A stretch of 64,000 nt of DNA from Eledone cirrhosa (GCA_964016885.1 OZ024750.1:35960001-36024000), one strand, 5' to 3'. Numbered from the stretch's first letter, positions 35,801-48,226 are shown. Translations and numbers: made by a program. Notes: generated by a model not told the origin, from the letters alone.

Positions 35801-37310
35801 TAATTTTTTCCTTAGTTCGTTATATATATATATAGTTAGAGAGAAATAAATAAATAACTACATATGTGCACTATATACAGTCGGTTCCCAACTGGATTAG
35901 AAAATCTCACCGTATATCAAAATATTGTAGAGAACTCATCCTTCTCTGCATTCTCATTCAAATGTCCACCATCTTTGTAAACATATCTTACATTGACAGT
36001 CATTAACTAGTTATGTGGTATCAACTATTATTATAAATGTATCTCACACTGCCAACAACTGACTCACTCACTAGTTACATCTATTCACCATCTTTGTAAA
36101 AGTTGAAATTCTGAACTTCAAAATTTTTATTTTGGTTTTGAACTCTATATTGGACATATATGCCTCCTGGCCCATCTGAGAGGTCAGTAGATCTGTTTGA
36201 GTACTGGTTCTGTCTGTGATGACCTGTCCAACCCTTGCTAGCAGGGAAAAATGGACATTAAATGATGAAGGTGATGATGATTAAGAGATATCTGAAGTAG
36301 GATGATAACCAAAAGAACAAAAATGTAGTAATGAAATGCAAAGTAGCCGAAAGAACTATGGTGATAAGGCTGTCGCTATGCAAAGAATGACATAAAATAT
36401 AATAGAATTGAACAGTAAAGACAGAAATGTCCCATTAATTGCAGATATAAAGACCACTGGGGGTTGACTGGTCGTCATAGCGTCTCATTTCTAGCTTTCA
36501 GCTAAAAACAGAAAGTACAAAAGTATCGAATCTTCTTCAAAATTACTTGTTACCAAAAACGCCTACTACAGAAATCAATGTATTTTGTTTGAAGATGAAA
36601 GGTGATAATTATTTGTGTCTTTTAGAAGGCTGCCAAGATTAACAAAAGAACTGGCGTTAACCCTTTTGTTACCATATTTTTAATGAAAGAATCGACCTAT
36701 AAAATTTCAAGTCATTTTGAAAATAACCAAGAATTTAGAGAGATTTTGCTACAATATTTCTAATAAAAGATTCTATCTATGACTGTAAAGATGTCTGGTG
36801 TCCTTAGATTCCCCAGTCCCTCACTACTTATTTCCACCACAAAATCAGAAAGAGGAAGGAGCCTCATAAGGTGGGGTGGTTGTCTCACTGGCTATTCTCT
36901 GTTGCGATATCTTCACCATTCTGTCTGTGGGGCTTGGCTGAATCACCACCCTGGCTGGGGTGTAGAGTCTATCCCTCCTTTGTTCTCTCCCTCCCTCCTT
37001 ACCTCTCTTAGTTTCCTTCATTGCTTCATTCTCTTTTTTCTTTTTTCTCTTTCATTTTTTTGCTTCATTGACTTTTACTCCCATTGATTTCTGTTTTGAA
37101 AATAAGCAGGAATTTGGAGAGTTCTGACAATATAACTAACAGTTTTACTATTAAAATAGTATTTGGAACATAACTTAACTAAGGTTCTAGCATAAAATTA
37201 TGATGTAAGGTTTTTAAAGAAATGTAAACATGTAAAAATGTAAAAATGTAAAAATGTAAAAATGTAAACAACTTTTTATGATATGACCAGGGGTGATTTT
37301 AGACAGATTG

Positions 37311-38558
37311 GTAATGTGAAGGCACGTGGCCGAGCGGTAATGTGAAGGCACGTGGCTAAGCGGTAATGTGAAGGCACGTGGCCTAGTGGTAATGTGAAGG
37401 CACGTGGCCTAGTGGTAATGTGAAGGCACGTGGCCTAGTGGTAATGTGAAGGCATGTGGCTGAGTGGTAATGGGAAGGCACGTGGCCAAGTGGTAATGTG
37501 AAGGCACGTGGCCGAGCGGTAATGTGAAGGCACGTGGCCGAGCGGTAATGTGAAGGCACGTGGCCGAGCGGTAATGTGAAGGCACGTGGCCGAGCGGTAA
37601 TGTGAAGGCACGTGGCCGAGCGGTAATGTGAAGGCATGTGGCCGAGCGGTAATGTGAAGGCACGTGGCCTAGCGGTAATGTGAAGGCACGTGGCCGAGTG
37701 GTAATGTGAAGGCACGTGGCCTAGTGGTAATGTGAAGGCACGTGGCCGAGTGGTAATGTGAAGGTACGTGGCCGAGTGGTAATGTGAAGGCACGTGGCCG
37801 AGTGGCAATGTGAAGGCACGTGGCCTAGTGGTAATGTGAAGGCACGTGGCCTAGTGGTAATGTGAAGGCACGTGGCCGAGTGGTAATGTGAAGGCACGTG
37901 GCCGAGTGGTAATGTGAAGGCACGTGGCCGAGTGGTAATGTGAAGGCACGTGGCCGAGTGGTAATGTGAAGGCACGTGGCCGAGTGGTAATGTGAAGGCA
38001 CGTGGCCTAGTGGTAATGTGAAGGCACGTGGCCTAGTGGTAATGTGAAGGCACGTGGCCGAGTGGTAATGTGAAGGCATGTGGCCGAGTGGTAATGTGAA
38101 GGCACGTGGCCTAGTGGTAATGTGAAGGCACGTGACCTAGTGGTAATGTGAAGTCACGTGGCCTAGTGGTAATGTGAAGGTGTATAGCCTAGTGGTAATG
38201 TGAAGGTACGTGGCCTAGTGGTAATGTGAAGGTGTATAGCCTAGTGGTAATGTGAAGGTACGTGGCCTAGTGGTAATGTGAAGGTGTATAGCCTAGTGGT
38301 AATGTGAAGGCACGTGACCTAGTGGTAATGTGAAGTCACGTGGCCTAGTGGTAATGTGAAGGTGTATAGCCTAGTGGTAATGTGAAGGTACGTGACCTAG
38401 TGGTAATGTGAAGTCACGTGGCCTAGTGGTAATGTGAAGGTGTATAGCCTAGTGGTAATGTGAAGGTACGTGGCCTAGTGGTAATGTGAAGGTGTATAGC
38501 CTAGTGGTAATGTGAAGGTACGTGGCCTAGTGGTAATGTGAAGGCACGTGGCCTAGTG
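37311..38558 (+). repeat. 26-bp tandem array, 48 units, derived from a SINE 5' end that includes the Pol III A box
   Basis: Unit GTAATGTGAAGGCACGTGGCC(G/T)AG(T/C)G. (38533-37311)/26 = 47 intervals. The last unit continues into the SINE body. Confidence 0.92.
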
Positions 38559-38790
38559 GTAAGGGTGTTGGATTTACGATCATAATGCCATGGGTTCAAT
38601 CCCTGGGCTGGGTTGCGTGTTGTGTTCTTGAGCAAAACACTTCATTTCACATTGTTCCAGTATAATCAGCTGAAAATGAGTACCAGCAATAGCTGGGGGT
38701 TTAACCCTGCGATGGACTGATGTCCTGCCCAGGGTGGGATCTTGTAATCTCTGTTGCTTCGTGGCATGAAATTGGGATAAGCACCGGCTC
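38542..38790 (+). mobile_element. tRNA-derived SINE related to group 2 but with a different tail
   Basis: A box TGGCCTAGTGG, B box GGTTCAATCC, TTCTTGAGCAAAACAC domain. Confidence 0.8.
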
Positions 38791-38889
38791 AACATGTTGC
38801 TTGCAGCACATAAGGGCAATGCATGCTAATGGAAGAGTTAGGAACCTTTATAAACATTCAATATTGATGAAAGACAAATACAAGCTACA

Positions 38890-39530
38890 CATCATCATCA
38901 CCGTTTTACGTCCGTTCTTCCACGCTAGCATGGGTTAGACGGGTTGTCCTGTAGTGGGCAGTGTCTGGTCGGCTGACCATGCCTTGCTCATACAGGAACT
39001 GATTTGGGCTTGATTTCTACAGCTGGATGCCCTTCCTAACACCAACCTCATTTACAGTGAGTGCTGGGTGCTTTTTCGTGGCGCCTACACGTCCACTTTA
39101 CAGTGTGGGCTGGGTGCTTTTTTGCCGTGGCACCTCCACGACCACCTTGCAGTGGGGGGTGTGGGGGCATATTGTCTATATGCTTCAGCTTGTACCCATG
39201 GGAGGTCGGGTACTCAGTATTACTGCGTGACACCAGAGGTCACGGTCGTGTGTCATCGACTTTGAGAGGTGTAATTGGGTAAGGTCGGCTTTTATCACCT
39301 CATCCCAGGTCATCTTGGGTCTCCCCACTCCGCGGTTTCCATCGACTTTTAGTTCTCTGCACCTTTTTATGTAGCTGTCATCCTTCATACGCATCACATG
39401 TCCATACCAGCGTAACCGCCTCTCCTGCACACAGCATTTGATTCCTCTTATGCTCAGTCTCTCTCTCAATTCATTTATGCTTTGTCGTTGGCGTATATTA
39501 CTGTTACACATCCATCGGAGCCTGGATATG
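38890..39530 (-). mobile_element. RTE family A 3' end
   Basis: ORF 39185..39544 'RLRWMC...QERRLRWYGHVMRM', followed by 3' UTR and (CAT)n tail. Confidence 0.88.
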
Positions 39531-39639
39531 ACTGGAATAAGCATTCTACTAGTTTAACTAATCAGGATGTTCACAATACGATTAGAATATTAGATTAAAT
39601 AAATTTATTCAAAGATAGGGTATTAAATATGCTCACAGA

Positions 39640-41615
39640 TATAGGCATACACACACACACACTCACACACAGTATATTGAGAATGTACACATACATATAG
39701 GCACACTCACACTTACATAGGCACACACACATGGACACACACACACACAATCATATATACATAGGCACACACAGACACATAGGCATACACACATAGGCAC
39801 ACACATACGAACGCACACATAGGCGCTCACACAGACACATGGACACACACACACTGTATTGAGAATGCACACACAGACACATACAAACTCTCACACACAC
39901 GCATAGATGCACACACGTAGTGTATTCTGAATGCTCAGACACAAATAGACATACACACACTCATATATACATAGGCACACACAGACACATAGGCGCTCAC
40001 ACATAGGTGCTCACACAGAGGCGTACACATATAGGCACACACATAGGCACACACACATAGGCACACACACATAGGCGCTCACACATAGGCACACACACAC
40101 AGGCAAACACACATAGGCGCACACACATAGGCACACACACATAGGCAAACACACATAGGCACACACACATAGGCGCTCACACATAGGCACACACACACAG
40201 GCAAACACACATAGGCGCACACACATAGGCAAACACACATAGGCGCACACACATAGGCACACACACATAGGCAAACACACATAGGCACACACACATAGGC
40301 ACACACACATAGGCACACACACATAGGCAAACACACATAGGCAAACACACATAGGCGCTCACACATAGGCACACACACACAGGCAAACACACATAGGCAC
40401 ACACACACAGGCAAACACACATATGCACACACACATAGGCACACACACATAGGCAAACACACATAGGCACACACACATAGGCGCTCACACATAGGCACAC
40501 ACACACAGGCAAACACACATAGGCACACACACATAGGCGCTCACACATAGGCGCACACATAGGTGCTAACACATAGGTGCTCACACATAGGTGCTCACAC
40601 ATAGGCGCGCACACATATAGGCACACACACATAGGCATATACATAGGCACACACACATAGGCTCCCACACACACATAGGCATACACACACAGGAACACAC
40701 ACAGGAACACACACACAGGAACACACACATAGGCACACACACATAGGCACACACACATAGGCTCCCACACACAGGCACACACACATAGGCACACACACAT
40801 AGGCACACACACATAGGCACACACACAGGCACAAACACACAGGTACATACATATAGGTGCATACACATAGGCGCACACACACATAGGCGCTCAGACATAG
40901 GCACACGCACATAGGCACACACACACAGGCACACACACATAGGCACACACACATAAGCGCTCACACATATATGCGCTCACACATATATGCGCTCACACAT
41001 AAGCGCACACACATAGGCACACACACATAGGCCCACACACAAAGGCGCTCACACATAGGCACACACACACACACAGGCACACACACACACACACAGGCAC
41101 ATACACATAGGCGCTCACACATAGGCGCTCACACATAGGCACACTCACACATAGGCACACACACATAGGCACACACACATAGGAACACACACATAGGCGA
41201 TCCCACATAGGCACACACACATAGGCACAGACACACATAGGCACACACACATAGGCACACACACACACACAGGCACACACACACAGGCACATACACATAG
41301 GTGGTCACACACACAGGCACATACACATAGGCGCTCACACACAGGCACACACACATAGGCACACACACATAGGCGCTCACACATAGGTGCTCACACATAG
41401 GCACACACACAGGCACACACACACATAGGCACACACACATAGGCGCTCACACATAGGTGCTCACACATAGGCACACACACAGGCACACATACACATAGGC
41501 ACACACACAAAGGCGCTCACACATAGGCACACACACACACACACAGGCACATACACAGGCACATACACATAGGCACACACACATAGGCACACACACACAT
41601 AGGCACACACACATA
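39640..41615. repeat. (CA)n-ATAGG minisatellite of 12-14-bp units, ~2 kb
   Basis: Direct reading. Confidence 0.95.
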
Positions 41616-42034
41616 GAATAATGAACTAAATACCTGGTGCTATTTACATTGACAGATTAAAACACTGTAGGATTGATAAACTAATAAAGTACCAGTTAAT
41701 ATAACTGACTGTACTCAGATCCCCCCCTCCATAAATATGTCACCTTATCATCATCATCACCATTATACGTCCATTTTTCCACGCTAGCATGGGTTAGACG
41801 AGTTGTCCTGGTGTGGGCAATGGTAGGTCAGGTGACCATGTCATGCTTAAACAGAACTGATTTGGACTGGATTTCTACAGCTGGATGCTCTTCCTAACCC
41901 CAACCTCATTTACAGTGAATACTGAGTCTTTTTTGTCATGGCACCTACATGTTATTACTGCCTCCCCCAGCCCATCCTCCTTTATTGAGGCTTTGTTTAC
42001 TTCAGTATCATCACATCTTAGCCTGATGACTACC

Positions 42035-42780
42035 TCTGAACTAGAAGACCAACACTCAGATATGTAGCTACCATTTCTAGAAAGTTGTGTCACTACATAG
42101 ATGCTCTACCAATTATTATTGTAGTATGTTATTTAGGGATGTGAATATTTGCTAATAACTAGTATTATTAATGCCCTCCCATCCTCCTTTATTGAGGCTT
42201 TATTTACTTCAGTATCATCACATCAATCATTTCAAACGAATCTGTGAATCTCTATGCTGTTGCTTGACTTGCTATAAATAACAGACAAATCTCTACAAAG
42301 CCAGATATTATTGTTTGAAAAAATGAGTGTGTTTTTGGCAGTATCGGTAGAGGGTCGGACGCCATGCTTTGACGCATAGAGTTACGGTCCTTGCCATTCT
42401 GAGTTCAAATGCCGCCGAGGTTTACTTTGCCTTTCATCCTTACGGGGTCGATAAAATAAAGTACCAGTAATGCACTGGGTAATTGCTGGCCTTGTGCCAA
42501 AAGTAGAAACAATTATTGTTTGAAAAAATAGCACCAAATTGAATACTATATTCTAAGAGAGACTGGGTTGGAACATTGGATCTTAAGTTTGCTTGCTGGG
42601 GGCTGACCTAGGGTTAAATAATAATAACAGTTTCTGATTTAGGCACAAGGCCAACAATTTTGTGGGAGAGCAAAAGTCAATTAAATCGATCCCCCAGTGT
42701 GTTACTGGTACTTACTTTTATCAACTTCATAAGGATGAAAGGCAAAGCTCATCCTAGTAGGATTTGAACTCAGAATGTAA
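42035..42780 (+). repeat. local direct duplication, with the second copy at ~44974-45500
   Basis: Both begin CTGAACTAGAAGACCAACACTCAGATATG and are collinear apart from a SINE in this copy. Confidence 0.85.
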
Positions 42781-43025
42781 AGGGCCATAATTATATACCG
42801 CAAAGCATGTTGTCCAATGCTCAATTAAATTATTAAGGTGGTGGATTGGCAGAATCGGTAGAGGGTCGGACTCCATGCTTTGCAGCATAGAGTTACGCCC
42901 CTTTGCATTGTGAGTTCAAATTCCGCTGAGGTTAACTTAGCGTTTCATCCTTACAGGGTCGATAAAATAAAGTACCAGTAATGCACTGGGTAATTGCTGG
43001 CCTTGTGTCAAAAGTAGAAACAATT
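42325..43025. mobile_element. three SINE group 1 copies (+, -, +); the first has a 17-18-bp TSD
   Basis: TSD TTATTGTTTGAAAAAAT at 42308-42324 and 42513-42529. Confidence 0.85.
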
Positions 43026-43709
43026 AAATTATTAAGAACTGTTTAAACTATTTGAGAATATATTTTTCTTAGTCTATCCCTTTTTTTTAATGCAGAGTGT
43101 CCCCAAAAATGTATACACACTTCAACAACATTCTAATAAGTATTGCCTTACAGGTAATCGAAGTATGTATATATTTTGGGGCGACACCCTGTATGTATTT
43201 ATTTCTGCAGAAAATCATAATATTAAGCTGTTTTTCAAAGACAATAATATTTCATGTGTTGTTTCCATGGATTTCTTTATATGGTCTTATGATTGTCTTA
43301 TCTTTGCTTCATAGATAATTGTATAATTTGATAAAAAGCCTTTTCTGAAAATAAATATGTAGTGCTATCATATAGCTTTCATTTTTTTTTTTTAGATTTG
43401 TCTGTGCCATACTTAGAAGTAAATTTCTAATTATTTCTTTTATTTATTTGGATTACGCAGTCGTCTACTTTTTGTTTACTGTTTGAAGTCATTTGGTGGA
43501 ATTGCTTAAAGTAATTGTCGGTGAATTATGTCTGGCTAAATTACTCCAATATCTTGTTATTTCGTCAACAATGGCAATTAGTCTTTCTATAATTTCCTCT
43601 CATATAAACTTTGAATTATAAATAGAAGTTATTTTCTCGACCAAACTTATATCATTTCCTTCACAAATAGTGTTTGTTTCAGATGAAAATCTGGGACTAA
43701 TTCATCATG

Positions 43710-43751
<42 letters not shown>

Positions 43752-43903
43752 TTTGAGTGTATGTTGGTTGTTTACCGCCACCTCAGTATGCAGATTGGAG
43801 CACTCGACGATGTACGCAGGTTGGTTTGTTTACTCCGGAGTAATGTAAAATAATTAAGTCAAATATGTAAAATTTGGCTTTGTTTATTATAAATTATAGA
43901 TAT

Positions 43904-43958
43904 ACTGCTATATATATTTCGGTGACAGCCATCATTGGCTGTGACCTCTTCAGGCAGT
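43904..43958 (-). ncRNA. type-I hammerhead ribozyme (inverted copy of 44175-44229)
   Basis: Reverse complement of the plus-strand motif. Confidence 0.8.
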
Positions 43959-44174
43959 CCGAATTGGTGTGGGAAAGACCGGTACACATGTTGTTGAAGT
44001 GTGTTTCACTCTGTCAATACATCGATATGTCCAGCTCCTGGTTGTGTTGTTATTTCTCTGAGGAACTGGAATCAGAGAAATAACAACACAACCAGGAGCT
44101 GGACATATAGATGTATTGATGGAGTAAAACACACTTCAACAACATGTGTACCTGTTTTTCCCACACCAATTTGG

Positions 44175-44229
44175 ACTGCCTGAAGAGGTCACAGCCAATG
44201 ATGGCTGTCACCGAAATATATATAGCAGT
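44175..44229 (+). ncRNA. type-I hammerhead ribozyme
   Basis: ACTGC-CTGAAGA-GGTCACAGCCA-ATGA-TGGCTGTCACC-GAAA-TATATA-TA-GCAGT: 5-bp stem I, full core, 11-bp stem II with one mismatch, palindromic stem III. Predicted cleavage after A44224. Confidence 0.8.
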
Positions 44230-44469
44230 ATATCTATAATGGGAAAGAGATGATTATAATGAAAAAATTATTATAATGAAGAGGAAAGAAATAGATGCTT
44301 GTAGGCCTAAGCTATAAACTAGAGTATATATAACGTTGTTGTATAGTTATAGTTTCACTGGTTTGATATTGCTGAAAGCCTGATAGCTGTATTCCTCACT
44401 AGTTCCCCATTTAATCAAGCTCTATGGATTACATGTCCAATTCCTCTCCTTCTGGAGACTCAAGAACTC

Positions 44470-44670
44470 AATTCAAGCCATCACTGAAGAGTTTAAAACT
44501 GGCACTCCATAGGAACTCCTGTATGCTGATGGCTTAGTCCTTATAGCTGAATTTGTAGGAGAATTAGAGTAACCATGAATGAAGAATCTAGAGTAACCTA
44601 AAAGTAAACTTCGCAAAGACAAAAGTTTTGATAAGTAGGAAAGATGGTAAGAGGCTAGTACTATCAGAGA
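44470..44670 (+). mobile_element. RTE RT fragment, followed by a SINE group 1 copy at 44676-44862(-)
   Basis: IQAITEEFKTGTP*ELLYADGLVLIAE. Confidence 0.7.
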
Positions 44671-45899
44671 AGTGGTAATAATTGTTTCTACTTTTGGCAC
44701 AAGGCCAGCAATTACCTCAGTGAATTACTGGTACTTTATTTTATGGACCCCGTAAGGATGAAAGGCAAAGTTAACCTCGGCGGGATTTGAACTCAGATAG
44801 TTAAGGGACGTAACTATGCTGGAAAGCATGGCATCTGACCCTCTACCGATACTGCCAATCCAAATAATGATGATGATACTGATATGTATAACTGACAACA
44901 ACCAACTATTTGCTGTACAACCTGAAGTTTAGTGACATTTCATTAATTCTTGCTATTGTAACTGTTGCTTTGCCTGAACTAGAAGACCAACACTCAGATA
45001 TGTAGCTACCATTTCTAGAAAGTTGTGTCACTACATAGATGCTCTACCAATTATTGTTGTATTATGTTATTTAGGGATGTGAATATTTGCTAATAACTAG
45101 TATTATTAATGCCCCCCCCCCTCCCATCCTCCTTTATTGAGGCTTTGTTTACTTCAGTATCATCACATCAATCATTTCAAACGAATCTGTGAATCTCTAT
45201 GCTGTTGCTTGACTTGCTATAAATAACAGCCAAATCTCTACAAAGCCAAATGTTATTGTTTGAAAAAATAGCACCAAATTGAAATCTATATTCTAAGATA
45301 GACTGGATCGGAACATTGGATCTTAAGTTTGCTTGCTGGGGGCTGACCTAGAGTTAAATAATAATAACAGTTTCTGATTTAGGCACAAGGCCAACAATTT
45401 TGTGGGAGTGGGAAAGTCAATTAAATCAACCTGGTACTGGTACTTTCTTTTATCAACCTCGAATGACAGGCAAAGCTCATCCTGGTAGGATTTGAACTCA
45501 AATTTGAACTATGTGAGACGATATAGATGCTCTACCAATTATTGTTTTAGTAATCTGTTATTTAGATATGTGAATATTTGCTCACATAAAAAAAATGAAC
45601 CCCCCCTAAAAAAGAAAAAAAATATCTATATAGACTTTACTGAGATGCTGTTAAGATATAATTTATAATTTAGCAAATTTGAATAGGAAAAAACAATTTA
45701 CAAAAGTCTAATAAAAAGTCTGCTGCAGATGAAAGAAGTTGAAGAATTATCTCAAAGTGTTTATTTGCATGATGTATCTGTCTGTCTCTGTTAGCATTAA
45801 AGTTAGTATATGTTTAATTCATATATTTCATATAAATCAATTTATAGTGCTATAGCTATTTAAATATTTGTGACAGCTCCTGAAAGAAATTATCTTAAG

Positions 45900-46092
45900 A
45901 TGCTGTTGCTGCTGATGATGATGATGGTGATGGTGATAATGACGATGATGATGTTGGTAGTGGTGGTGATGGTGATAATGGTGAGGGTGATGGTAGTGGA
46001 GGAGATGGTGATGCTAATGATGGTGATATGATGGTGATGGTGATGATTGGTGATGATGATGAGGATGATGATGATAATGATAACGATGATGT
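45900..46092. repeat. (GAT/GGT)n tract
   Basis: Direct reading. Confidence 0.9.
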
Positions 46093-46562
46093 AGTTTTCA
46101 TTTGTCTCAGATATTCTTTCTGCAATATTAATGGTGGTCTCATTCTCTTATTAATTAGTCTCTCTCATTATAACTCTGAAGTATTATCAAGATTATATAA
46201 GCATATTATCCTGGATCCTTGGATATCCACAACTCCTGATAGAGTCGTAGGGGCGCTGTATCAACATTCGGCGTTTCTTGGGCATTTCAACCCTGGCGGA
46301 ACTCATTCCTCTGCAGGCCTGAGTACAGCAAATTTCTTCCAGTGAAAGTTAGAAGTTGAGAGAGAGGAAAGGAGAAAGAGATATAGAGGAAGAATCAACC
46401 CCAGTACTAGACTGGTACTTTTTTTATCGACCTCAAAAGGATGAAAAGCAAAGTTGACCGTGATGGGATTTGAACTTAGAGAACCGGAATGAATAACAAA
46501 AAAGCATTCTATTTGACGTTCTAACGACTCTATCAATTCACCACCTATACATATTATACATA

Positions 46563-46776
46563 TCAATATTATAATAAAGGGAGGAGTGTGGGTCAGCATA
46601 CGGTTTATATTTTGTAATCCAGTTAGTAAAATAAGTTGGATTACTTTGAATAAATAATGAATGAATATTACATAATTTATCTACTAAATTTCGTAACTCA
46701 TGATTGAATATAAATAATTTTATTTCTTATTTAAAATTGACTTCTTTTAAAAGTTTCAAATTTTTACACTTCTGGT
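46563..46776 (+). mobile_element. Helitron 5' fragment (family of 12310-12795)
   Basis: Matches 12310-12520. Confidence 0.75.
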
Positions 46777-46777
46777 T

Positions 46778-47298
46778 TTATTTATTTATTAACAACTCAG
46801 TTTAACTCTTTTTTTTTTTAAATCATTTGTATAAAAATTTAATATAAAGGTTACGTAACGAAAACACAAACAAATATAATATATGGAAAGGAAAGGAAAG
46901 GAAAAAAAGAAAGAGATAAAATTACACAAGCACGTAATACGCACATCTTAGACTGCATCAACAAAAGGCAGGCGAAAGGGGTGGACAAACGAGCCGCTAC
47001 CAGAACAAAAGATAACAATATAGCGAAGAGCACTGGGAAACCTCTCTAATAATTTTTGAGGCAAGCCAGCATGCTCGCAGCGTTACCTGGGGTGATGGTG
47101 AGGCTGAGGTGCTAGAACAACCACGTGCCTTCACGAGCATCACCAGTTACCTTTGTTTTGCGAGCTGCCAGTTAAAATAAGAACCTTGCTGTCAGTCGCC
47201 CGACTCCCCCAAACATCTTGAATGCCACAGGCTGGATAATGTAGTTAGCTGACAGAACACGGTATTTTAGGATTTTGTTCCGTTTAGCTGCGAATTGC
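46778..47298 (-). mobile_element. CRE-clade non-LTR retrotransposon 3' end (restriction-like endonuclease C-terminus), degenerate
   Basis: Manual translation of 47297->47046(-): QFAAKRNKILKYRVLSANYIIQPVAFKMFGGVG...TGDAREGTWLF*HLSLTITPGNAASML. This resembles the CRE motif K..KY..L..Y.F.P.A.ET.G..G...TGDPRE..FLFQRLS.AIQRGNAAS. Ends in an (AATA)n tail. Confidence 0.75.
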
Positions 47299-47332
47299 AT
47301 ATATATGTATATATATATACATACATACATAC

Positions 47333-47986
47333 ATGGTGGCTGCCAACTCGTTTTCGAGTACGGCCACTACTTTATATCCATGTAGGAGAAACCCTACCGA
47401 TGCGCTGAACGAGTGTGATTTTTAGTCCAGCCAGCAACTTGAAAACTCTGGTACAAACACTACACTTGTGACAATTATTGACACATAGTGCTGGGCCCAT
47501 GGTACCATGTGACGACAAGTGCAGAGAGATCTCCAGATATAAAGCAATGCCTGTGCCGTGAAGCTTTTATAGTGAGCAAAGGCACTGCACAAAGCCAGTC
47601 CCACTCTCTTAACCAAGATGATATTTACCAAAAAGAAGAACAAGTCAACATCATTGGATACCATCAGGGTTGCAGGTGTTATATCAGAGTTTTCCTTCTC
47701 CTAGAATTCTGCCTTGACAAAGGCTAAGGGGTCATCTCTCCCGGTGATTTTGGATGGCCATTGACTCTTAAGAGCTCCTTTGCCCTTTGACTGGTTTTGT
47801 TTTTAGTCCTGCAGGATGTCCAAAGTCACCCTCCTCACCAAGAAACCTTGGTGGGGTTGCCAGTTTAGTCGCCAACGACCCGAGCATTAGACAGGTTGTA
47901 CTGGGATACGTGTTACCAGTAGCAGGGGTTCTCCTACATGGATATAAAGTAGTGGCCGTACTAGAAAACGTGTTGGCAGCCACCAT
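47333..47986. mobile_element. unclassified 654-bp element with 63-bp terminal inverted repeats, set in (TA/TATG)n
   Basis: 47333-47395 and 47924-47986 are reverse complements with 3 mismatches. Confidence 0.6.
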
Positions 47987-48049
47987 ATATATGTATGTAT
48001 GTATATGCATATATATATGTATATATATATATATATGGATGTTTGTATG

Positions 48050-48103
<54 letters not shown>

Positions 48104-48189
48104 GGAAAAATATGAACAGGGACAAAACAGAGAGGCAGTACAATAAATGTTTATTAATTTCACGCTCAGGAGAGTGGGGGGTAGGTGGA

Positions 48190-48226
48190 GGACGACGTTT
48201 CGGGCATAAGCCCTTCCTCAAGTGAG
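48190..48226 (-). ncRNA. minimal hammerhead-like motif (PLE pseudo-LTR type)
   Basis: TTGAGGA-A-GGGC-TTAT-GCCC-GAAA-CG-TC. The first core C is replaced by T. Confidence 0.55.

Larger units (their letters stand above)
43750..44240 (-). mobile_element. PLE-type pseudo-LTR fold-back insertion (169-bp arms, 10-nt loop) next to (TA)n
   Basis: 43893-44061 is the reverse complement of 44072-44240 with a few mismatches. Each arm carries a hammerhead motif. An unpaired extension (43750-43892) ends at (TA)n. Confidence 0.75.

Noticed and set aside
47850-47925. HDV-like or twister ribozyme in the inverted-repeat element
   Set aside because: A P4-like stem and a P2-like pairing are visible, but I could not build P1 or the pseudoknot.
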